Below are positions 21,922 through 32,963 of a DNA stretch of 64,000 bases, in pieces. Under the pieces are notes generated by a model. The model ran no database searches. It saw nothing but the letters and a program-made list of their open reading frames with translations, and was not told the DNA's origin. The translations under genes and the position numbers were made by a program. The DNA comes from Scenedesmus sp. PABB004 (taxonomy: Eukaryota), in NCBI GenBank assembly GCA_014905635.1, contig JABVCE010000004.1:186001-250000 (forward strand). The letters are read 5' to 3'. The number at the start of each line of letters is the position of its first letter. Positions within the stretch are counted from its first letter, which is position 1.

Positions 21922-23105
21922 GCCGGCGGCGGCGCGTGAGCCCCACCGAGCGGCGGTGCGGCGCCCGGAGTTGCGGCCGCGGCCCAAGCGCGGGCGGGCG
22001 GCGCTTGTGTTTAACGTGAGCATGGGCCGCCGCGCGGGGAGCGTGCGCTGTGTGCGCTGCAGTCGGCGCGCAGCGTGCGCGGCGGGGCCCGTTCCGCGGG
22101 CCCCGCGCTGGCTGGCGGCGGCCCGCCAGCCCCCGGGCGGCCTTGCGCGGGGTGGGGAGGGCTGGGGGCGTGGTGTGGTGTCGTTTGGAGCGGTAAAAAC
22201 GTCGTTCACATGCCTGGAGCTCCAGGCGTGTCCTGACAAGAGTGGGATTTGAACCCACGCCCTTTCGGACACGGACCTGAACCGTGCGCCTTGGACCGCT
22301 CGGCCATCTTGTCGCGCAGTGCTTTTCAGAGCAAGTATGTTGTATATGTATATGCAACATCAAACATCCAAACCGCGCAGAACGCCACGGGATCACTCCC
22401 AAAACCAGCCCAGAAGCACCCCACGAGCCTGGCAGATTTTCCCCAAAATCTGCTTTTTGGCGATTTTTCCGCCCCGCCACAGAGCGCCCCCACAACACAT
22501 GGAAACGCAGGCGCGCCGCACGCGCACTGCAGAAAGGGACAGGGACTGGCCGCACGGGGCCGCCCGCTGCGCTGTCAAGGCGGCAGAGCGCCCAAGCGGC
22601 GGGCGCGGCTGTGTCGCCTGGCTGCGGCGGGCGCGGCCGCGGCCGGGGGCGCTGCGATAGCCGGGGCGGTCTGCGGCCGCTCGCGAGACGCTGCAGCGCA
22701 GCGTTGCACCCACGCGGCGCTGCCAGGGGCCGACGAGCAGACACCAGAGAGTGAGTAAGTTGCAGTCGCTCCCCCGGCCCCGCGTGCACGCTCCGCACAT
22801 GCGGAGCGTCCAGCCGGCGAGCGAGCTGCAAGCAGCTCCCCATGCGCCAGCTCCCCCCGAGCTCGATCCGGCACGTGCCTGGCTGGCCGCCGCGGCGGCC
22901 TCGTGCACCGAGGCTGCGCTTGCGTGGCAAGCAGCCGGCGGTCAGATGCCGGGGGGGGGGGGGCGGCGGCGCCCAGCACGGCGTTCCTGCCAGATGTCCG
23001 CCCCCCGCTGGTCGCTGGCTGCGGCGCGCTTTCAGGCGCCCCAGCTGTCCAGCGGGCAGGGCGCCCATGACCGCCTGGTTGCCGCTGGGGGTGGTGTCGG
23101 GTCGG
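21922..23105. repeat. tRNA-Leu cassette, copy 3
   Basis: Near-identical to 9850-11054. Begins ~25 bp after the Ku70 stop codon. Confidence 0.95.
22234..22313 (-). tRNA. trnL-CAG: tRNA-Leu(CAG)
   Basis: Identical to 10163-10242. Confidence 0.97.
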
Positions 23106-23534
23106 GCCCTCCCGCCGAGAGCCCGGGACGCACCTGGCCGCGACCCGGCGACGGTCGCGCGGTGCGGCCGAACGCCCCGCCACCGAACCGCCGTCACTTG
23201 CGGGGCTGGTGCCGATTGCCACTGCCTCGCCCTTGCCCGTCACCACAGCTCACCGACCCGCCCGCTGCAGCGGCAGGACCCCGAACCGCGGGCGGCGTTC
23301 AAACGCAGCTGCCGCGCTGGTCCGCCGCGCCGCGCCCGGGCTCCGCCGCTCCACGAATCGCACTGGCAGCGCGCATTCTCTCACCCAGGATCGCGAGCCA
23401 GGCCGCACTGCCCGGCCCGCCAGCAGACGCGCCTGCCCGCTCGCGTTGCGCCGCGTTCGCCACCCCTCGGGCGCGCCTGGTGGTGACTCTCGGCCTGTAC
23501 GCCGTCGCGGAGCGGCCCGCGCCCGCGCCGCGCC

Positions 23535-26500
23535 ATGGCGCAGTGGGAGGACACCAAGGAAAACTACGTGCCTGTGAAGGCCGGCCGCAGCGCTGCGGTG
23601 CTCTCCACGCCTCAGGACGGCGCCAAGGGCGACTCTCAGCTCGACGCCGCGCGGCGGTGAGCAGCGGCGCGGCCGCGGCGGCGCGGCGGCAGCGGCCGGC
23701 GCTGCTCACGCCGGCCGCGGCGCGCGCTGCAGGGCCTTCCTGGCGGACATCGAGGCCGCGGAGGACGCCCTGCCCGCGTGGCTGAGGTACATCAAGTGGG
23801 CGCAGGAGCGCTTTGCGGCGCAGGGCAGCAAGGCGGAGCTGCAGGGCGTGCTCGAGGCGGCCACGAAGGCGCTGAGCGCGACCGACCGCTACAACGACGA
23901 CGTCCGCCTGCTGCGCATCTGGATCCAATACGTGCGCGCCGCGCGCCCCCGCCCGCCGCCGCACGCGGGGCGCCGCTGCGTGCGCCGGCGCGCCGCCCGC
24001 CGCTCGCAGACCGCCGCCGCGCCGTGCCGCCCGCCAGGCCGACTGCCTGCCCGACCCGAGCGACGTGTTCCTGCACCTCGAGGCCGCGGGCGTGGGGCGC
24101 GGCCACGCGCTGCTGTACGAGGCGTACGCGACCTTCCTGGAGCTGCGCGCCAACTATGGCCAGGCGGAGCTGGTGTACGAGGAGGGAATCAACAGGTGAC
24201 ACCCCCTTGAGTCGCGGCGCCGCGTGGGCCGCGCGGCGCGGCACGGCGGCACGGTGCACGCGCCCGAACCGCCGCGCCGCCGCCCGGCGCAGGCTGGCCA
24301 AGCCGGTGGACCGCCTGAAGCAGAAGCAGGCGGCCTTCCAGCAGCGCATGGTGTGCGGCGGCGCCCGCGCAGCGCGGGCTGCGCGAGGCCAGGCGGGACG
24401 CGTGCGCGCGGGCGCCAGCTTGGCGCCCCCTCCACCCCGCCACTCCCTCGCTCGCGCCGCCCCCTGCGCCGCCGCAGGCCAGGCGCATCCAGCGCCAGAC
24501 CAGCGAGGCGCTGCTGGGCATGGGCGCCGCCGGAGAGCCGGCGGCCGCGCCGGGCGGCGGCCGCGCGACGCTCGCGCCCATGCTGGCGCCGGCGGGCGCG
24601 CCGGCGCTGGACGAGAACGGCCGCCCGCTGCGCGCGGCTGGGCGCCCGGCGACGGGCCGCCGGCCGCACGCGCCGCCGTCGGTCGCCGCGGGCGTGCAGG
24701 CAGCGCGCGGCGCGGCGCCGGCGCGGCAGCCGGCCCCGGGCCTCTGGGGCGGCGCGGCAGCGGCCGCGCACGGCGGCGGCGGCGGCCTGCTTGGCCTGGG
24801 CAGCGCGGCGGCGGGCGCCGGCGCCGGCCAGCCTGCGCCGCCAGCGTTCGCGCCGCCCCAGCCAGGCGGCGCGGGCGGCGGCAACGCCGGCGCCGCGCCG
24901 CTCGCGGTGCTGGTGGACGACGAGTTTGGGCCGTCTGGCGCCGGCGCGGTGCCGTCTGCGTTCCCTGCTGCCTCTGCTGGCGCCGCGGCGGCGGTGCTGC
25001 CGGCCTACGCTGTCGGCCGCAAGGAGAACACGAGCGAGCCCGGCGCGTGGGCGGGCGCGACGCTGGGGCAGGCGCGCAGCCTCGCGCCGCCGCCGGCCAG
25101 CCGGCTCGAGGTGTTTGATGACGACGACGACGAGGGCGACGGCGGCGGCGGCGGCGGCGGCGCAGCGGCGCCGCCCACGCATGCTGGGAGCCTGCGGCAG
25201 CGGCTGGACGCGCCGGCGCGCGGCTCGGCGGCGCCGCCGCCCACCGCGGCGCTCGGCGCGCTGGGGCTGGGCGGCGCGGGCGGCAGGCAGCAGGCGCTGC
25301 AGGCGCAGCCGCCGCCGCAGCGGGTGCAGCCTGTCGGCCGCAGCGGCAGCGCCGCCAGGCCAGCCGAGCCCCACGGCTACGACGCCGCGCTCCTGGCGGG
25401 CCCGGGCGGGCAGGAGCTGTGCTTCGAGGAGGTCAGGGCGGCGGCCTACTGCGCCCGCAGGCAGGCGGGGCGGCAGCAGGAGCAGGAGCGGGGGCTGGAG
25501 CAGCAGCGGCTGCTGGAGCAGCCTCAGCCTCGGCCGCCGCAGCAGCCGCAGGCGCAGCAGCCTCAGTTGCAGCAGCAGGCGCGGCAACCAGCGGCGCAGC
25601 CGCAACAGGTGCCGCAACCGGCGCCGCAGCCGCAGCCGGCGCCGCAGCCGGCGCCGCAGCTGGCGCCGCAGCCGGCGCCAGCACCACAGCCGCAGCCGGC
25701 GCCAGTGCAGCAGCCGCAGCAGGCCGCGGAGCCCACGGTGACCATCAACACGCGCGCCGCGCTGGACTCGGTCAACTCCATGTTCAGCGCCGACCTGCCC
25801 ACCGCCACTTTGCCGCGCGCCGCCATCGCCGCGGCGGCCGCGTACGCGAGCTCGGCGGGCTGCGGCGGCGGCGGCGCGCCGCGCGGCGCCGCGGGGCCGC
25901 CGCTCGGCCGCAAGTCGCTGGGCGGCGGCGGCGGGTGCAGCGAGCCCACGGTCACGCTGCACACGCGGGCGGCGCTGGACGCAATGAACGGCATGTTTGG
26001 CGGCGCCGACGACACCGCCACGCTGCACGGCTTCAGCCTGCGCCAGGCGGCGCACCCGGGCGGCGCGCACCCCGGGGGCCGCGCGGGCGGAGGGCGGCCG
26101 GAGCCGACGGTGACCATCAACACGCGCGCCGCGCTGGACTACATGAACGACGTCTTTGGCGGCGCCGACGCGACGCAGCACGGCCTCGGCGGCCGCGCGC
26201 CGCGGGTGCGCGGGTGCAGGGGGAGGGCTGGTTGCGCTGCGCGCTGACGCGCCGCGCCGACGCGCCGCGCCGACGCTGCTGCCGCCCGCCCGCAGCGCGC
26301 CGGCGCGAGCCGGCTGTCCATGGCGGCGCCGGCGGGCGACCCCGCGCTGCTGGGGCTGTACGAGGACACCGAGTTTGTGGGCGGCCGGCTCGCGGCTGCC
26401 GGTGGCCCCGGCGGCGGCCCCGGCGGCGCGCTGGGGCTGTGCGAGGACACCGAGTTCATCACACGCCCCGTCGGCGGCGCGGGGCTCGGCGCGCTGGGGC

Positions 26501-27485
26501 TGTACGAGGACACCGAGTTTGTGGGCGGCCGGCTCGCGGCCGCCGGCGGCCCCGGCGGCGCCGGCGCGCTGGGGCTGGGGCTGTGCGAGGACACCGAGTT
26601 CATCACCCGCCCCGTCGGCGGCGGCGCCGGCGCCGGCGGCAGCGCGCCGTCAGTGCCGGCGCCGGCGCCGCCGGGCAGGTTCGGGCGCGGCGCCGCGCCG
26701 CGCCGCGCGCACGACGACGCGGGCGACAGCACGACGGGCCTGCTGCGGGTCAAGGAGAACCTGCCCGCGCCCGCGCCGGCCGCCGAGGCCGGCGCCTGCA
26801 GCGCGCCCAGCTCGCCGGGTGCGGCGCGCGCCGCGGCGCGCACGCGCGCTCGCCGCCGCGTCGCCCCGGCGGCTGAGGGCGGCTCGCGCCGTGCGCCGCC
26901 GCCGCGCCGCGCGCAGGCGTCGCCCGCCCGGGCCCCGCGTGGGGCGCCGCCACGCCCGGGCGTCCGCCGGCGGGCCCCGGCTCCGCCGCGCCCACGCCCG
27001 GCCGCGCGTCGGCGCCCGGCACGCCCGGCACGCCCTGGGCGGCGCAGCTTGAGGAGTTCGAGGTCATGGACAGCCCCGCCGCGCGGCGCGCGATGGCGGC
27101 GCGGCCGCCGCCGGCCGTGGCCAGCCCCGCCGCGTCGCTGCCCTCGCCCGGCCTGGTGCGGCGCGCGCGCGCGCGCGGCTGCCGCGCCGCGCCGCGCCGC
27201 GCCGCGCCCGCTCCAACGCGTGCGCGCCGCCGCCCCCGCCGCCACGCCGCGGCGCAGAGCCGGGAGAACGCGCCCAGCGCGTGCTGCGCCGGCGAGGGCG
27301 CCGCGCTGCAGCCGCGCAGCCTGGCCGACCGCGCCGTGCGCGCCGCCGCGCTGCGGCCGCTCTCCGAGGCGCGCGCGGGGCTGCTGGGCGTGGAGGTTGA
27401 GCCGGACGCCGCGCCGAGCGACGCCGGGCCGCGCGGCCGCGCGCTGCGGGCGCTGCCCTTCTCGCGCAGCCCCGACCGGGCCTGA
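23535..27485 (+). CDS. Spindle checkpoint protein of the MAD3/BUBR1/BUB1 family, no kinase domain visible, multi-exon
   Basis: MAQWEDTKENYVPVKAGR (KEN1), TPR domain (WLRYIKWA, RYNDDVRLLRIWIQY|AD, ALLYEAYATFLE, LAKPVDRL), KEN2 (RKENTSEPGAW), GLEBS (ELCFEEVRA), CD1-like and ABBA-like repeats. TGA at 27483-27485. Confidence 0.88.
26350..26622 (+). repeat. Coding tandem duplication (~144-bp unit x2, each with two LGL[YC]EDTEF motifs)
   Basis: ctggggctgtacgaggacaccgagtttgtgggcggccggctcgcggc... at 26350 and 26494. Confidence 0.9.
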
Positions 27486-27890
27486 TCGCCGCTGCCGCTG
27501 GAGCGGCGCGACCGCGCTGGCAGCGGCGGGCGAGGCGGTTGACTTTGGCGCCGCGCGCCGCCCGGCCCTCCGCAGCGCGCCCGCGCTGGACAGGGCGGCT
27601 GCATCTGCGGCGGCCGCGCTCGATCTGGCCGGGCGGGCTGTGTGGAGCCCTGGGTGCGCGGAGCCCTGGGAGTGGTCGCAACTGCCGGGCGTTCGCGCAG
27701 ACGGGCCACCCGCGCCGCACAGCCGCGCCCGCCACTGCAGCCCCTCACCCCGCACAGCACGCACGCGCACTCACGCAGCATGTAGAGGATGGAGCGCGCA
27801 CGCGAGGTCGCCCCGGCGGGCGCGCCGCGCTGGGGCACGCAGGTGCTGCGGACAGCCCAATTCTGAGCTGAGCGGGCAGAGGACGACGCC

Positions 27891-29465
27891 ATGTCCTCCG
27901 CGGGCGGCCCCAGCCCCTCGGGCGCGGGCAAGCCACCCTCCGCCGGAGCAGGCGCGCGGAAACTGTTCAAACGCCTCTGCTACGACGACAGCCTGGACGC
28001 CTCCGAGTTCACGGTGCGGCGCAGGCGGGTTCGCGGCGGGCGGGGCCAACAATGGCCAACAACGAATGCTGGGCCCACCAGGCCCCGCCAGCCCCCGCCA
28101 GCCCCCGGGGCCAACCCTCCGGGCGCCAGCGCCTCCTGGTCTCGCCCTGGACGCAGCTGCGGACGCAGCAGCGCCGGCGGCGCGCCGGGGCGCCGCGCGC
28201 TGAGCTAGCGCCGCTGCTGCTGAGGTCGCCCGCGGTCGCCGCCACGCGCCGCGTCCGTGACGCCGCCGCCGCCGCTGCCCGGCCGCAGGTGGGCCTGCTG
28301 GAGACGCGCGAGCAGGCGGAGCGCAAGAGCGGCGCCGAGGCGTGGAGCCTGCGCCTGCACAGCGCGGTCGTGGAGCTCCCGTTCGCCGAGTTCTGCCGCC
28401 GCTTTGCCGCGCGCGGCGACGGCGAGCCGCCGTTCCATCGCATCGCCTTCTTCAAGCAGCACGGCCTGATCGTGTGGTGCGCGGGGGCAGGGGCACGGGG
28501 GGGCCTGCCAGGCTGCGCGCGCACACGCCGCCAGGCTGCGCGAGCGGCGCGGCGCCGCCCACCCCCCACCGCGCCGCGCCGCGCCGCGCCTGCGCAGGGA
28601 GGCGGAGCACCTGCGCCCGCGGCCGCCCGGCGGCGAGGGGGGCACCACGCGCCGCCGCTGCCGCCCGTGCCGCTGGCCGGGAGCTTCTCGGGCTGCTCGC
28701 CGCCGTCCGGCGGCGGCGCGTCGGTCCGCTTTGGCGCGCCGACGCTGGCGGCGCCGGGCGGCGGCCTGCCGCCGCGCGGCTCGCACCCGCTCGACTGCGG
28801 CGGTTCCGGCACGTTGAGCGGCAGCTTGAGCGGCAGCGGGCCGCTCACGAGCATCCACTGGAAGCCGCACCGCAGCAGCGGCACCGACGCGGGCAGCCCC
28901 GCGAGCTGGGGCGGGCCGGGGCACTGGTCCGCCGCGGCCGCCGCGAGCGGCGGGCTGGGCGGGCACGGCAGCCTGCACGGCGCCTCGCCCAGCGCGACGT
29001 CGCCGCTGCTGGGCAGCAGCCCCTGCGCGCTCGCCGGCAGCTGGGCGGCCGGCGGCGCCCTCGGCGCGAGCCTGCGCGCCGCGAGCAGCAGCGGCGGCGG
29101 CGGCGCGCTGCTGCTCGGGCCCAGCCCGGGCGGCTCCTGCGGCAGCAGCTGGGCGGGCACCAGCCCGCTCGCGGCCGCGCTCGCGGCGGCCAGCGGGCTG
29201 GGCGCGTCGCCGCCGGGCGGCGGCGCCGGCCCCGGCGACGCGGCGGCGGCGGCGCCGCCGGCCGCCGAGGCGGCGCCGGAGCTGGCGGACTATTCAAACC
29301 TGCCCGAGGAGTGCTGGGTGGACGTCCTGCAGCGCCTCGGCGTGCGCGAGCTCTGCTTCTGCGCGCGCGTCAACAGGTGTGTGGGGGGCGCGGTGGCGGG
29401 CGGCCGGGCCGCGGGCGAGGCAGCTCGGGCGGGACCGGCGGTGGCGGCCGTGGCGCCACCGCTGA

Positions 29466-29524
<59 letters not shown>

Positions 29525-31702
29525 AGGGCGCTGCGCGGGCTGTCGGCGCGGCCGTTCCTGTGGTCCTCCGCTTACGGCCGGCTCTTTGGCGCGCCGCCGC
29601 CGGCCGACTGGTCGGCGCAGACGGTCAAGCGCCTGTGCCGGCGCTCGCAGCTGCGCGCGAGCCGCTGGCTCGAGGCCGCCGTGGAGGGGCGGCCGTGCGG
29701 CTTTGCCGGCACGTCCTGCCTGCAGCTCGACGACGCTAAGGTGGTCTCCGGCGACGGCTGCTGCGTGCGGTTGTGGGCGCACGAGACGGGGCGCCGCATC
29801 GCGACGCTGCGCGGCCACGCGGGTGCGGGCGGGGCGACCGCTGGCGCCGCGCGCCGCGGCCGGCCCCGCCTCGCCTGTGCCCCGCCTCACCCGCGTTGCT
29901 GCTCGCCTCCGCCCCTGCCCCGCGCCCCTGCCGCGCCGCGCCGCGCCAGGCCGCGTGACGGCGGTCGCCTTTGACGACGAATTCATCCTCAGCGGCTGCA
30001 GCCAGGGCGGCGTCAAGCTCTGGGGCATGGTGCGCCCCGGCTGCGCCGTACGGCGCACCAGCGGCGCGCGGCCTTGGCTGTAGCGCGGCGCGCCGCGCTC
30101 GCGCTGAGCCCGTGCCGCGCCGCCGCCGCCGCCGCCCAGGACGACCTGAAGCTGGCAAAGGCGCTGCGGCACCACACGCAGCCGATCAGCGCCACGGCGC
30201 TGCTGGGCGGGCTGCCCATCTCTGCGAGCGCCGACGGCGCCGTCGCGGTGTGGGAGCCCGCCGCGCCCAACACGCCCCTCGCGCTCATGCACGCGGGCGG
30301 GCCCCTGCACGCCATGCAGCTGCGCCATGACCGGGGTGCGCGCCCGCGGGCGCGGGGGCGCCGGCCGCGGTGCCGGCCGCGGCGCCGGCGCCGTGCCGGG
30401 CCCGCCTGCGCGCCGGCGCTCAGTGGCCCGACCCGTCTCGCGCGCCGCCCCCGCAGGCCAGCTCATAACCGCCGGCGCTGCGCTCTGTGTGTGGGACATG
30501 GCGACGAGCGCGCTGCTGTCCACGCTGCGCGCCCCGCCGCTGCCGGCCGGCGACCTCAGCAGCAGCAGCAGCGCCGCCAGCCTCGCCGGCGCGGGCGGCC
30601 CGGGCGCGCCGGGCGCCGGAGGCGGCGGCGGTGGCGACGAGCTGGACGCCGACGCGGTGGACGGCGTGCTGCTGCACGATGCATGGGCGGCGGGCGGCGG
30701 GAGCGACGACAGCGACGACAGCGATGACAGCGACGACAGCGACGACGCCGACAGCGTTGGCGGCAGCGACCAGGACGCGGGCCGGGGCCGCGGCGGCCGC
30801 GGCGGCGGGCGCCCACGGCGGCAGCGGCGGCGGCAAGCCGTTCACGTCGGTCGCGTGCGCTGAAAACCTGGTGGCAGCAGGTGGGGGCGTGCGGGCTGCG
30901 GGGGAGGCCGGCCGCGCGGCAGGCAGCGCGCACCGCAGGCCGCACACCGCCGACCGCCGCCGGTCGCGCCCGCCGCCGCAGGCCGCGCCGGCTCGGTGCT
31001 GCTGTGGGACCTGCGCACGCAGGACCCGATCGCGCGCTCGCGCCCGCCGGCGCGCGGCGCGGCACGGCGCCGCCGTGCGTGGGTGTGCAGCTCGACGACT
31101 GGCGCCTCGTGACCGGCTGGTCGGGCGCCGACCCGCTCACCGGCGGCGGCGGCGCCCGGGGCGCGGTGTGGTGGCGCAGCAGCGTCGACGACATGCACAG
31201 CGTCGCGGCGGGCCTCGACGCGGGCGCGTGCGGGCACAGCCTGCAGGTGTATGACATCCGCGCCGCGCCCACGTTCCGCGCGGCGCGCCGCCGCCGCCGC
31301 CGCCCGCGGCGGGCCCGTCGTGCGCGGGCGGCGGCGCGCGGGCTGTGGGGCGGCGCGCCGCTGATGTGCCTCGCCGTGCCGGCGCGCGTGACGTGCTTCC
31401 AGTACCACGGCCCGCACATGCTGGTCGGCCAGGAGGGCAGCGACTGCGTGCTGCTCTCGTTCGAGCCGCCCGCCGCCGCCGCGGCGCGCAGCGCAGCGGC
31501 GTGGGGCTTTGCCGCGCCCGGCGGCGGCGGCGGCGGCGCGCCGGGCGGCGCGGCCTACGGCTCCAGCCCGGCGCGCGGCGCGCGGCGGCTGGGAGGGCGA
31601 GGGCGAGGGGGGCGGCCGCGGGCGGGGCGGGGCAAGAAGGGCGGCGCCAAGGCGAGTGCCGCCAAACGCCAGGGGCGCTACCCGAAGCGTGCGACGCGCT
31701 GA
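27891..31702 (+). CDS. F-box/WD40 protein with N-terminal MJ1316 (DUF504)-like domain, multi-exon
   Basis: Exons 1-2: ARKLFKRLCYDDSLDASEFT|VGLLE...VELPFAEF...PPFHRIAFFKQHGLIVW. F-box: YSNLPEECWVDVLQRLGVRELCFCARVNR. WD40: CLQLDDAKVVSGDG..VRLW, LRGHA|GRVTAVAFDDEFILSG..VKLW. Has 1-bp frameshifts in G/C runs. Confidence 0.85.
29466..29523 (+). repeat. (GCC)n microsatellite in an intron
   Basis: ~19 perfect GCC units immediately before the 3' splice site. Confidence 0.9.
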
Positions 31703-31918
31703 CGGGGCGCGGCGCACGGCGCGTGGCGCGGCGCGGCGGCGTGTGTTGTCATTGTGTGAGGCGCGGGGCTCCGTTGGGCGTGTGCGGGGGTGTGTGGCAG
31801 AGGGCGGGAGGGGGGGGGGGTGATTGTGTGAGGGGGGGGGGTCGCGTCTCGGTGATCATGGCGGCGGCGCGGCGTGGCGGGCCGTGTGGCGCAGCGCCGC
31901 GCCCGATTGCGCCGCGCC

Positions 31919-32418
31919 CGAGCAACAGGCGCCGCCGGACGGCGGCGCCGCCGCTACAGCAGCGCTCGCGGCCGCTTCGGCCCTCCGCCGCTTCCGCGGC
32001 GGAGGGCCTGGACCTGGACGACGCCGGCCCGATGCCCAGGCCCCAGGTCGTGCTCGTGGGCGCGACGGTGAGCGACGGTGATGTGGAGCTCGCGCTGTCG
32101 CGGGGGTGGGTGGACGAGCCGGTCCTGGTGCGCGTGGGCGAGGCGGGGCGCGTGCCGGCGGGCCTCCGCCACCGCGCGGTCGTGGTCGCCAGCCCCGAGG
32201 CGCGCCTGGGCGGCCTCGTGGGCAGCCTGCGCCGCGACCTCGGCGGCTCGCTCGCCGCGGCCGACGCGGCCGCGCGCGGCCGACGCGGCCGCGGCGGCGC
32301 GCGCGGGCGGCGCCGCGCCCGGCGACGCGCCGGGCGCGCGGCCGGTGCGCGTGATTGTGTTTGCGCCCAGCGAGGCCGAGGCGCGCGGCGCGGCGGAGCC
32401 GCTGCGCGCGGCGCTGTG
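31919..32418 (+). pseudogene. Duplicated internal exon fragment of the downstream DEAD-box helicase
   Basis: Near-identical to ~35355-35820 (EGLDLDDAGPMP[RK]PQVVLVGAT...EPLRAAL). Flanked by imperfect ~95-bp direct repeats at ~31825-31916 and ~32419-32517. Confidence 0.8.
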
Positions 32419-32963
32419 TGTGTGGGGGGGGGGCGTCTCGGTGATCAGGGCGGCGGCGCGGCGGGGGGGGCGGGGGGGGGGGGGGGGTTGGCGCAGCGCC
32501 GCGCCCGATTGCGCGCGCGGCACCTGCCCGTGCGGGGTGCGGGCAGGGCAGGGCGGAGCGGATCTCGGGGCCCCCATCCGGGGCCGCAGCTGCAGCAGCA
32601 GCGGACTGCCGGCACTGGGCGACGGCGGCGCACGGGCGGCGACGGGGCGCGTCGCGGCGCCCACTCACGTCGTCGTGAGTGGGTTTTTTCCCGGGCGGCA
32701 TGGGCGGTTGACAGACAGACCTCTGCCACAGGACCGGCGCGCTGCAGACAGCCGCGGGCGACCGACGGGGCGCGTGGATGCGGCGCGTGTAAGCTTTTGA
32801 CCGGGCGGCGACTCACTCACACACGGCGGCGGGCGTCCCAGCAGCACCGCCAGCGCCCGCAGCGCCGCACCGCCCCGCACGCGCCGCTGCTGCTGCCGGC
32901 GCTGCGCGCCGCCGCCGATCTCGCGAGCAGAGCCCAGCGACCTCGCCTAAGGAGCGTGGCACC

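Noticed and set aside
26350..26622. Regularly spaced repeats as a CRISPR-like array
   Set aside because: They are in-frame coding repeats with duplicated spacers in a eukaryotic gene, and no cas genes are present.
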